Virus record (IMG/VR): IMGVR_UViG_3300005611_000006
DNA: 64,000 bases
From: a virus
Lineage: Duplodnaviria; Caudoviricetes
Strand: one strand, 5' to 3'
A program made the translations under genes and the position numbers. Within the stretch, counting starts at the first letter, position 1; every line of letters starts with the position of its first letter. This document shows positions 1 through 8,200 of this stretch, one piece after another. The notes under the pieces were generated by a model, which was given only the letters and a program-made list of their open reading frames with translations, did no database searches and was not told the DNA's origin.

Positions 1-68
1 ATGTCTCTATTATGTCTCTTAATGCCTGTTAATGTCTCTATTATTCCTCTTAATGCCTGTTAATGTCT
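1..68. repeat. Tandem 31-bp repeat built from 10-11 bp subrepeats (may continue beyond the window start)
   Basis: atgtctctattatgtctcttaatgcctgtta (1-31), atgtctctattattcctcttaatgcctgtta (32-62), then a partial third copy. Confidence 0.85.
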
Positions 69-92
69 TCACTTATTGTGATCTTAGCCAGC

Positions 93-121
93 ATAATACC
101 ACAAAAACTTCGTGGTGTCAA
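93..121 (-). promoter_or_regulatory. sigma70-type (early) promoter pointing leftwards
   Basis: Minus strand reads TTGACA-17nt-TATTAT with a TGn extended -10. Confidence 0.7.
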
Positions 122-158
122 GAGAACTGGGACACTTCACAAAGTGGCACATAATAAG

Positions 159-201
159 TTTTCCACAACCCTGTGGAAAACTATTAGTAACCTGTGGAAA
201 A
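159..201. promoter_or_regulatory. Three TTTTCCACA boxes (cyanobacterial DnaA-box type); the first two form an inverted repeat
   Basis: TTTTCCACA at 159-167 (+); TGTGGAAAA at 172-180 and 193-201 (minus-strand copies). Confidence 0.55.
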
Positions 202-218
202 CTTATTAACTCATAGGG

Positions 219-248
219 TTGACAATAACCACACAGTTAGATTATAAT
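219..248 (+). promoter_or_regulatory. sigma70-type promoter pointing rightwards into non-coding DNA
   Basis: TTGACA (219-224)-18nt-TATAAT (243-248). Confidence 0.6.
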
Positions 249-539
249 AACAGTGAAATAACAGCAGTATTTTAGACCCCCCCCTATTCGTTCATTCTGA
301 GTATTATGAATCAACAACAGTTCGTGTTCTTTATACGTTCTCTAAGGTGTCTATAATCGTCTACAATCATACTGAGAGGTTATTCGAGTATAGTTCGTTG
401 TTTTATTATTAGTTCGTGTTATAGACGATTCTGAGAGGAGTTATAACTTTAGAGTTTTCTGGGAGTTTATAATTGTGTAAGTTATATAATTATAATTAAC
501 TTTACCCGATGTATTATTATTATAAAATCTGAAAGGACA

Positions 540-581
540 GTCTATTAGTAATACAATCTAATCCAAGTATTACTAATAGAC
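540..581. repeat. Perfect 15-bp inverted repeat
   Basis: gtctattagtaatac (540-554) / gtattactaatagac (567-581); related palindrome gtattagtaatac at 592-604. Confidence 0.85.
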
Positions 582-838
582 AGTCAGGTTAGTATTAGTA
601 ATACATTGGCAGTTTCTATTAATAATTCGTGTTCGTTCATTGACAGTTATACCGGGGGGTTTGTGTTAATTATTATGGGTAATGCGATATAAAAATGCCA
701 AACATCCCTAACCTACAGAGGTGACAAATCGAGAGAGTGATTTCGAGTCAATAAAAAAAATTTTTCCCAAAATTTTTTAGAGAAAACCTTTTTTGGAGAA
801 AAAAATTTCCGTGGTAAAAAACCTATGAGGGTATTCGA

Positions 839-867
839 TTGACAAGAGATAAATAATCGAGTATCAT
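839..867 (+). promoter_or_regulatory. sigma70-type promoter with a late (gp55) ATAAATA motif in its spacer
   Basis: TTGACA-17nt-TATCAT; ATAAATA at 849-855; lies upstream of ORF 903. Confidence 0.6.
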
Positions 868-902
868 TGAGTTGGTACAATATAACCTAATTATTACTTA
901 AA

Positions 903-1667
903 ATGGCAAAAGGATTTAGAGTTAAAGCAAAAGCACCAACAACTAAAGAAGAGAAAGAAGATAGTCTATTTGATATTAACGAATGTAAAGAGAGAATTCG
1001 CGGAAAGAGTATTGTATTTTGTCTTCCAGGTAGGGGAGTTTCTTATAGGTATTTGAAGAGTTTTGTGCAGTTGTGTTTCGACCTAGTTCAAGCAGGGGCA
1101 AGCATTCAGATCAGTCAGGACTATTCAAGTATGGTCAATTTCGCTCGATGCAAGTGCCTAGGGGCAAATGTATTGAAAGGACCTGACCAAATTCCCTGGG
1201 ATGGAAAGTTGAAGTATGACTATCAGCTTTGGATTGATTCTGATATTGTGTTTAACTCGGATGCATTCTGGGCAGTATTTGCGATGGACAAAGATATTGC
1301 TTGTGGGTGGTATGCAACTGAAGATGGAAAAACCACAAGTGTCGCGCATTGGCTTGAGGAGGATGACTTCAAGAACAATGGAGGAGTAATGAACCATGAG
1401 ATGGTTGATACGATTGGGCAACGTAAGAAGCCTTTTACAGTTGACTACACAGGATTTGGTTGGACATTGATCAAGCACGGCGTGTTTGAGCATCCTGAAA
1501 TGAAGTATCCTTGGTTTGCCCCTCAGATGCAAGTCTTCGACTCTGGAGAGGTTCAGGATATGTGTGGAGAGGATGTTTCATTCTGTCTCGATGCTAAGAA
1601 GGCTGGTTTTGAGATCTGGTGTCATCCACAGGTCAGAGTTGGTCACGAAAAAATGAGAGTAATCTAA
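903..1667 (+). CDS. Putative GT-A fold glycosyltransferase (conserved cyanophage protein)
   Basis: DxD motif in QLWIDSDIVF; N-x-ARC, YTGFGWTLIK, GEDVSFC and C-terminal VGHEK, all typical of GT2-like phage proteins. Confidence 0.7.
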   Translation: MAKGFRVKAKAPTTKEEKEDSLFDINECKERIRGKSIVFCLPGRGVSYRYLKSFVQLCFDLVQAGASIQISQDYSSMVNFARCKCLGANVLKGPDQIPWDGKLKYDYQLWIDSDIVFNSDAFWAVFAMDKDIACGWYATEDGKTTSVAHWLEEDDFKNNGGVMNHEMVDTIGQRKKPFTVDYTGFGWTLIKHGVFEHPEMKYPWFAPQMQVFDSGEVQDMCGEDVSFCLDAKKAGFEIWCHPQVRVGHEKMRVI

Positions 1668-2275
1668 TGATTTTAACTGATGATGTCATTTGGAAACATT
1701 GTCATTTAAAAGATCTTTGGATATTTGATAAATTAATTTTAAGTCAGGTTTTGGGATATCGCTGTGGACCAGTTGGTCTTCAGGTCCCAGAGCCTGATTT
1801 TTATTGTATTAGACCAATTACAAATGTACTTGGTATGGGAAGATATGCAAGAATTGAATGGATTCAGGATAGCACTGATCACTATCATCCAGGAGAGTTT
1901 TGGTGTGAGGTTTTTGAAGGAGAACATCTCAGTGTTGATTATTATCAGAAGCAATCTGTATTGGTCGTGAGAGGGGAAAGAGAAAAGAATGCTCCATTGT
2001 ATCAGTGGAAGAAATGGGAGAGGTTAGAGAAGCAGGTAGAGTTCCCTCAGGTCCTAAATGAATTATATGATGATTATGAATGGATTAATTGTGAGTTTAT
2101 TGGAGATAAACTAATTGAGGTTCATTTTCGTAGTAATCCAGATTTTGTTTACAATAATTCTGTTGCAATTCCTATTTGGGATGGCGCAGAAAATGAAATT
2201 AAAAATGAAGAAAATTATAAGTATATTACCTCTTCAGATTATCACCGAATAGGTTTCCTTATTGACGAAAAATAA
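1667..2275 (+). CDS. Hypothetical protein, ATP-grasp-like
   Basis: Start at ATG 1667 overlapping the upstream TAA (TAATG); motifs IRP..N..GMG, CEVFEGEHLSVDY and NCEF...LIEVHFR resemble ATP-grasp elements. Confidence 0.6.
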   Translation: MILTDDVIWKHCHLKDLWIFDKLILSQVLGYRCGPVGLQVPEPDFYCIRPITNVLGMGRYARIEWIQDSTDHYHPGEFWCEVFEGEHLSVDYYQKQSVLVVRGEREKNAPLYQWKKWERLEKQVEFPQVLNELYDDYEWINCEFIGDKLIEVHFRSNPDFVYNNSVAIPIWDGAENEIKNEENYKYITSSDYHRIGFLIDEK

Positions 2276-2301
2276 ATATCATTTAGTTACATTTTCAGCA
2301 A

Positions 2302-2472
2302 ATGAAAACAGAAAAAATTAATATATACTGTCAGGGGAGAAAGATTTATACAGGTCTTTCTGAAGAATCAATGTTCGAAGTTCTTGATGAATTAACTGAA
2401 GAATTTTATGCAACAGGGGTTCCCCTTCCTGAGGATATTATGGTAGAATATACAAGTACCACGGAAACATAA
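2302..2472 (+). CDS. Small acidic hypothetical protein (56 aa)
   Basis: Translated by hand: MKTEKINIYCQGRKIYTGLSEESMFEVLDELTEEFYATGVPLPEDIMVEYTSTTET; ATAAATA late-promoter motif just upstream (about 2272-2278). Confidence 0.75.
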   Translation: MKTEKINIYCQGRKIYTGLSEESMFEVLDELTEEFYATGVPLPEDIMVEYTSTTET

Positions 2473-2474
2473 TT

Positions 2475-2618
2475 ATGGCACTGCGTCCAGGTAAAAATGG
2501 AAAGGACACTATCGAAAGTCGTCCGAAAAAAACGAGACAGGGGAGTTCACAATATACGAAACTCTCTGCATCGTCTCGGAATGGAAGGCGAAAGCGTTAT
2601 AGGGGTCAAGGTAAATAA
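2475..2618 (+). CDS. Small basic hypothetical protein (47 aa)
   Basis: Translated by hand: MALRPGKNGKDTIESRPKKTRQGSSQYTKLSASSRNGRRKRYRGQGK; C-terminal KRYRGQG resembles small conserved T4-like cyanophage proteins. Confidence 0.75.
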   Translation: MALRPGKNGKDTIESRPKKTRQGSSQYTKLSASSRNGRRKRYRGQGK

Positions 2619-2669
2619 TTCTTTAAAACTATTTCTGACTTGAGAGTCTATGTCTTTTACGTACGTTAA

Positions 2670-2795
2670 ATGTCAAATACTCTCAGAAAACTGAATAGCG
2701 TTAACTTAACGACGCTTTTAATTACAGTGATGGCATCTTCTGCCCTTATCAAAATGTCGGTAGCGTCATTATATCTTGAGGATTACTTTGATTGA
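2670..2795 (+). CDS. Putative small membrane peptide (41 aa)
   Basis: MSNTLRKLNSVNLTTLLITVMASSALIKMSVASLYLEDYFD; hydrophobic core; followed by a terminator. Confidence 0.5.
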   Translation: MSNTLRKLNSVNLTTLLITVMASSALIKMSVASLYLEDYFD

Positions 2796-2810
2796 ATTCT
2801 CTCAGATTCC

Positions 2811-2839
2811 AAGAAGTCTCGTAAGAGGCTTCTTTTTTT
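2811..2839 (+). terminator. Rho-independent terminator
   Basis: aagaagtctc-GTAA-gaggcttctt followed by a T tract. Confidence 0.85.
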
Positions 2840-2881
2840 ATGCTTTGATTTTTATAAGAGTAATTATATGCGGCGAGTTTG

Positions 2882-2928
2882 AACTCGCGTTTCTTTCAAT
2901 AGGTATAACTCGCGTTTCTTTCAATAGG
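2882..2928. repeat. Perfect 22-bp direct repeat, two copies
   Basis: aactcgcgtttctttcaatagg at 2882-2903 and 2907-2928. Confidence 0.9.
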
Positions 2929-2971
2929 AAAAATCACAATAAATACATATATAATTTTTGAGAAAGACAAA

Positions 2972-3376
2972 GTGCCTCTCAATTCAGTATCAATAGGATT
3001 TAAAGATATTAGTTTATCTTTTTTAAGACATCCTGTAACAAATGACATTTCAACCTTAAGGGATGAGGATGCAATCAAAAAGTCAGTAATGAACTTGATT
3101 CGCACTCAAGTGGGAGAAAGATTTTTCAATTCACTTTTAGGATCAAATATTGAAGGATCTATATTTGAACTTGCAACAGATGATTTACTTGATCCATTAC
3201 AAATTGAAATTGAAACTGTTATTAATAATTTTGAACCAAGAGTAGTATTAAGGAAGGTTGAAGTTAATCCTCGACCAGACGAAAATGCATTAAATATTTC
3301 TATAAATTACGATATTGTTGGATTAGGTGCTCCTACACAATCAATTAACTTTGTATTACAACCAACCCGATACTAA
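2972..3376 (+). CDS. gp25: Baseplate wedge subunit gp25
   Basis: FKDISLSF, AIKKSVMNLIRT..GERFF and FEPRV motifs; GTG start; late motif ATAAATA at 2939-2945; precedes gp6. Confidence 0.92.
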   Translation: MPLNSVSIGFKDISLSFLRHPVTNDISTLRDEDAIKKSVMNLIRTQVGERFFNSLLGSNIEGSIFELATDDLLDPLQIEIETVINNFEPRVVLRKVEVNPRPDENALNISINYDIVGLGAPTQSINFVLQPTRY

Positions 3377-5259
3377 TGGCATTTACACAACTCACGAATT
3401 TAGACTTCGATCAAATTCGGGCATCAATTAAGGACTACTTAAGATCAAATTCAACATTTACAGATTTTGATTTTGAGGGATCGAACTTTTCAATCCTCAT
3501 TGACATTCTGGCTTACAATACTTATTTGACTGCCTACAACACTAATATGGTGGCAAACGAGGCGTTTCTAGACTCCGCTACCATTCGTGAGAATGTAGTA
3601 TCCCTTGCACGTAATATTGGGTATATTCCTTTATCTCGTAGGGCAGCAAGAGCAAGTATATCCTTCAGTGCATTTGATTTACCTGAATCTTCTTTAACAG
3701 CAACTCTTAAAGCAGGTATTATTTGTACTGGAAATTTAAATAATACAAGTTACATTTTCTCGATTCCTGAAGATATTCAGGTTGGAGTCGTAAATAATAG
3801 AGCAAATTTTTTAGATATTGAAATTTATGAAGGAACTTTAATTACAAAAAAGTTCATAGTCGATGATTCTCAGCCAAATCAGAAATATATTTTACAAAAT
3901 CCTTATATTGATACCTCTACAATTAGAGTTGAAGTTAAAAATACCTCTACTGATACTACTTCAGAGGAGTATACTGCAATAGATAATATCACAAATATCA
4001 ATTCCGACTCTCAAATATTCTTAATCCAGGAAGTTTCTGACGAAAAGTATGAAATTTTCTTTGGAGATGGTATTTTAGGAAAGAAATTAAGTAATAACAA
4101 TGAAATTACTGTAACTTATATCGTTACAAATGGAAGATCTGGTAACGGAGCATCCAATTTTACGTTTTCCGGTGTAATTTTAGACAATAATTCCGCAAAT
4201 ATTACTCAAAATAGTGGATCTATCATTGTAAATGAGGCAGCATCTAACGGAGATGAGATACAGAGTGTTGAATCAGTGCGTTATTATGCACCAAGGCTCT
4301 ATTCAACGCAGTATAGAGCAGTCACTGCTGCAGATTATGAAGCAATTCTACCATCAATATTCCCAAATATTGAATCTGCCACAGCATATGGTGGTGAAGA
4401 GTTAGATAATCCAGAATATGGGAAGATTTTTCTTGCAATCAAACCTAAAAATTCAGAATATTTAAGTGAATACTCAAAAGATTTGATTCGTCAGTCTCTT
4501 AAACAGTATTCAGTTTCTGGAATGAGATTAGAGTTTGTTGATGTGAATGTACTTTATGTTGAATTATACAGTACTTTCTATTACAATGCAAATTTAATTT
4601 CATCTTCATCAAATTTAAAGTCAAATGTTACAAAATCTTTAACAACATTTGCAAATTCTTCAGATTTAAATAAGTTTGGTGGAAGATTTAAGTATAGTAA
4701 AGCAGTTCGTATTATTGACGCAACAAATGAAGCAATTACATCAAATATTACAAAGGTAAGAATTCGTCGTAATATCCCAGTAACTTTAAATACTCCAACA
4801 AAATACTCAATTTGCTTTGAAAATGAATTTAATGTCTTAAATCAGAACCACAATATTCGTTCAACAGGATTTAAGGTTAACGGAATTAGTGAAACAGTTT
4901 ATATCGGTGATCAACCAGATTCCAATCTATCTAAAGGAACTTTATTCTTATTTTCTTACGTTGAAGATAAAGTTACCATTAAAGTTCAAAACGTTGGATC
5001 TATAAATTATACCACTGGAAAAATTGATATAGATAATATAAATGTAACTTCAACTATTTTACAAAATAATATAATTGAAATTGATGCAATTCCACATTCA
5101 AACGATGTAATTGCTAAAAAATCAATCTATTTGAAATTGGACATCGGAAGAAGTATCATTAGTCCTGTTAAGGACATAATTTCATCAGGAGAAAATGTTT
5201 CCGGAAGTAGATTTACTCCAGAATCAAGTTATTTTTCAGACTCAAAGATAAGAATTTAA
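3376..5259 (+). CDS. gp6: Baseplate wedge subunit gp6
   Basis: LDFDQIR...DFDFEGSNFSILIDILAYNTY and RAVTAADYE motifs. Confidence 0.95.
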   Translation: MAFTQLTNLDFDQIRASIKDYLRSNSTFTDFDFEGSNFSILIDILAYNTYLTAYNTNMVANEAFLDSATIRENVVSLARNIGYIPLSRRAARASISFSAFDLPESSLTATLKAGIICTGNLNNTSYIFSIPEDIQVGVVNNRANFLDIEIYEGTLITKKFIVDDSQPNQKYILQNPYIDTSTIRVEVKNTSTDTTSEEYTAIDNITNINSDSQIFLIQEVSDEKYEIFFGDGILGKKLSNNNEITVTYIVTNGRSGNGASNFTFSGVILDNNSANITQNSGSIIVNEAASNGDEIQSVESVRYYAPRLYSTQYRAVTAADYEAILPSIFPNIESATAYGGEELDNPEYGKIFLAIKPKNSEYLSEYSKDLIRQSLKQYSVSGMRLEFVDVNVLYVELYSTFYYNANLISSSSNLKSNVTKSLTTFANSSDLNKFGGRFKYSKAVRIIDATNEAITSNITKVRIRRNIPVTLNTPTKYSICFENEFNVLNQNHNIRSTGFKVNGISETVYIGDQPDSNLSKGTLFLFSYVEDKVTIKVQNVGSINYTTGKIDIDNINVTSTILQNNIIEIDAIPHSNDVIAKKSIYLKLDIGRSIISPVKDIISSGENVSGSRFTPESSYFSDSKIRI

Positions 5260-5260
5260 A

Positions 5261-8200
5261 ATGAATCAAGATAAAAAAGTAATTAAAATTAGTGATGTTG
5301 TTGAAAATCAAATTCCAGAATTTATTTTCACAGAGAATCCAAATTTTGCAGAATTTTTAAAGCAATATTACATATCACAAGAGTTTCAAGGTGGAACTGT
5401 AGATATTGCTGAAAACTTAATTGAGTATAAAAATTTTGATTCGTTTGATTCAAGTAATCTAATCACAAAAACAACACTATCTTCTGATATTGATATTTTT
5501 GAAGAGACAATTCCTGTAGTATCTACTAAAGGTTGGCCAGAAAAGTATGGTCTTTTAAAAATTAATGATGAGATTATAACTTATACTGGAATAACTACAA
5601 ATTCTTTTACTGGTTGTGTAAGAGGATTTAGTGCAATTGAATCGATTGTAAAGGAAAATGATCCAGAGTATCTTGTATTTTCACAATCGGAATCAGATTT
5701 CCATAAAGATGGGGATTCTGTAGATAACTTAAGTAATTTATTCTTAATTGAATTTTTTAAAAAGACTAAATCCCAGTTCATTCCTGGATTTGAAGACTTA
5801 AATTTTGATTCTAGAATTGATATTCCCAACTTTATTAGTAAAGCTAAAGACTTTTATCAGTCTAAAGGAACTGATGAATCCTTTGAAATTTTATTTAAAG
5901 TTCTTTTTGGAGAAAAAGTAGAAGTTATTAAACCAAAAGACTTTTTATTCGCTCCTTCAGATGACAAGTGGATTGTAGTTGAAAACTTTGTTTGCGATTT
6001 AGTTGAAGGAGATCCTTTAAAGTTAAATGGTCAAACTCTATATCAAGATAAAAATATTTCAGGATCAGTTTTAGAGTCTAATGGATCAATTTATTCTGTC
6101 AGTTCTTTAAATATTGGAGAAAATATTTTTTATAAAGTTAGTATATTTTCAGGATATTCTAATAACTTAAATCCAAAAGGATCTATTTTTGGAGAATTTA
6201 AAACTACCCCAAAAACATATGTAGTTTCTGAAGTTTCTAGTAATAGCACTACAATTCCAGTTGTATCTACAGTTGGATTTGATAGCAGTGGTAAGTTAAT
6301 TATTGATGGGTCTGAGATAACTTATACGGATAAGACTTCAACAGAGTTCTTGAACTGCTCAGGAATACAAAGCGATATCAATTCTTCAACTAAAGTATAT
6401 GCAGATAATTTTGTATATTCTTATGAAGATGGTAATATCAATTCTGTCGTCAAGTTAAGAATTATTAATACAGTTTCAAATATTGATTCAAGTGGTCTAG
6501 TTTTAATAAATGAAGGGGATAAAATTAATATTAAAAACTTAGGATCTACTGAAAAAAGTATATTTACAGAATCATTAAATTATAATGTACCATCAATTAT
6601 TTTTGCCGGAAAAGTTTTTCCTGCTGAAACAAATATAGGTTCATTAGATGAAGGGATTAGCATTAATGGTTTTGTGAAAACTAAATATCCACATTACCTA
6701 AAAGAGGGTGATGCTGTTGAAGTTTATAATTCATCTAGAGGTGAAAAAATAACTAACTCTATTGTTAGTAATGTTAACTCTGAGAGATCTTTTACAATTA
6801 GTGATGCTCAAAATTTAAAAAATTATAAAAATAACCAAATAAAAATTAGAAGAATTCCGTTTAGATCAAATTCTTCAATGTATCCTGAGATTAATGGCAT
6901 TTTTGCAGTCAACATTCAAAATTCATATGAAGACTCAAATTGTTATTACGTTGAATCAAACGGGTTGCCAGATAATAACATTAAACCTTACAAGAAAGAA
7001 TATTCATTCTCCTGTGATAATGATACATTAACTATTATATCTGATAGTAATAATGGATCAGAACATTATTATGAAAATGGGGATGTTGTAAATATATCTA
7101 ATATTGTTGGCGTATCTACTATATTATCTACCAATATTGATTATTATATCAAAAAATTAAATGTTGATGAGGTAAAAATTGCTAGAAGTTTACTTGATGT
7201 AATACAAAATAATTTTATTACTCCTGATATTGAACAAGTTACTTTAACATCTAAGTCTTTATATGGAAAACAGTTTACTTCTTCAAAATCATTTAAAAAG
7301 ATATTAAAAAATATTGATTACACTAAAACTGAAAAAACTACAAAACCGGGATCAATCGGAATTTTAGTTAATGGTGTTGAGATTCAAAATTATAAATCTT
7401 CGGATAAAGTTTATTTTGGAAATTTAGAAAATATAAAAGTTTTAAATTCCGGATCTGGATATGATTTATTGAATCCTCCTACGTTTGAGATTAACGATGG
7501 CACTGATACGACTTCATCAATCATTCCACAGATGGAAGGAATAGTTGAAAGTATTATTGTAAGTGATCCTGGGTATGATTATGTAGAAACTCCAATAGTT
7601 ACTATTAAGAATGGTAGCAACGAAGAGATTAAAACTGAAGTTAGAATGAAACTAATTTCAAGAGAACTTGAGTTTAATGCCGCTAATTCTGATATAGTTG
7701 CTACTTTAGATATAGAAGAAAAGTTTATATTTACAGAACCCCACAGATTAATTGTTGGTGATGGAGTAATATATGATTCTTCTTCAGGAACTAAAATTGG
7801 AATAGGAACTCAAGTTTCTGATGGAACATTATTAGATGACTCTGTTTATTTTGTTTCTTCTATTGGTGCTGGAACTTCTTTTAGATTAGCACCAACATAT
7901 AATGATGCTATAAATGAAACGAATTTAATTAAATTAAGAACTCTTGGAACTGGAATTCAGAAATTTACTTCAGTTAAAAAAGTCAAAGTTATAGATTCCG
8001 TCAACATAACTGATAGTAATCCGGTATTAAAATATAAAAAAGTTGTAGCGAGAGAAGATGATATCAACAAATATGATAACATTATAAACATTAAAAACCA
8101 TGGATTTTTATCCGGAGATGAAATTTCATATTCATATTCTAGTGGTAGTGGTTTAGATGGTCTTTTAGTATCACAATATTATTATATTGTTAAAATTGAT

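Noticed and set aside
1667-2472. ATP-grasp plus small Thr/Glu-rich ORF as a graspetide (RiPP) cluster
   Set aside because: No leader or core repeat motif, and the enzyme is short with an uncertain fold.
2882-2928. Direct repeats as a mini CRISPR array
   Set aside because: Only two copies separated by 3 nt, with no spacer-length sequence and no cas genes.
2776-3105. Track ORFs 2776..2961 (+) and 2896..3105 (-)
   Set aside because: They run through a terminator and repeat, or antisense to gp25; no RBS or recognisable protein features.
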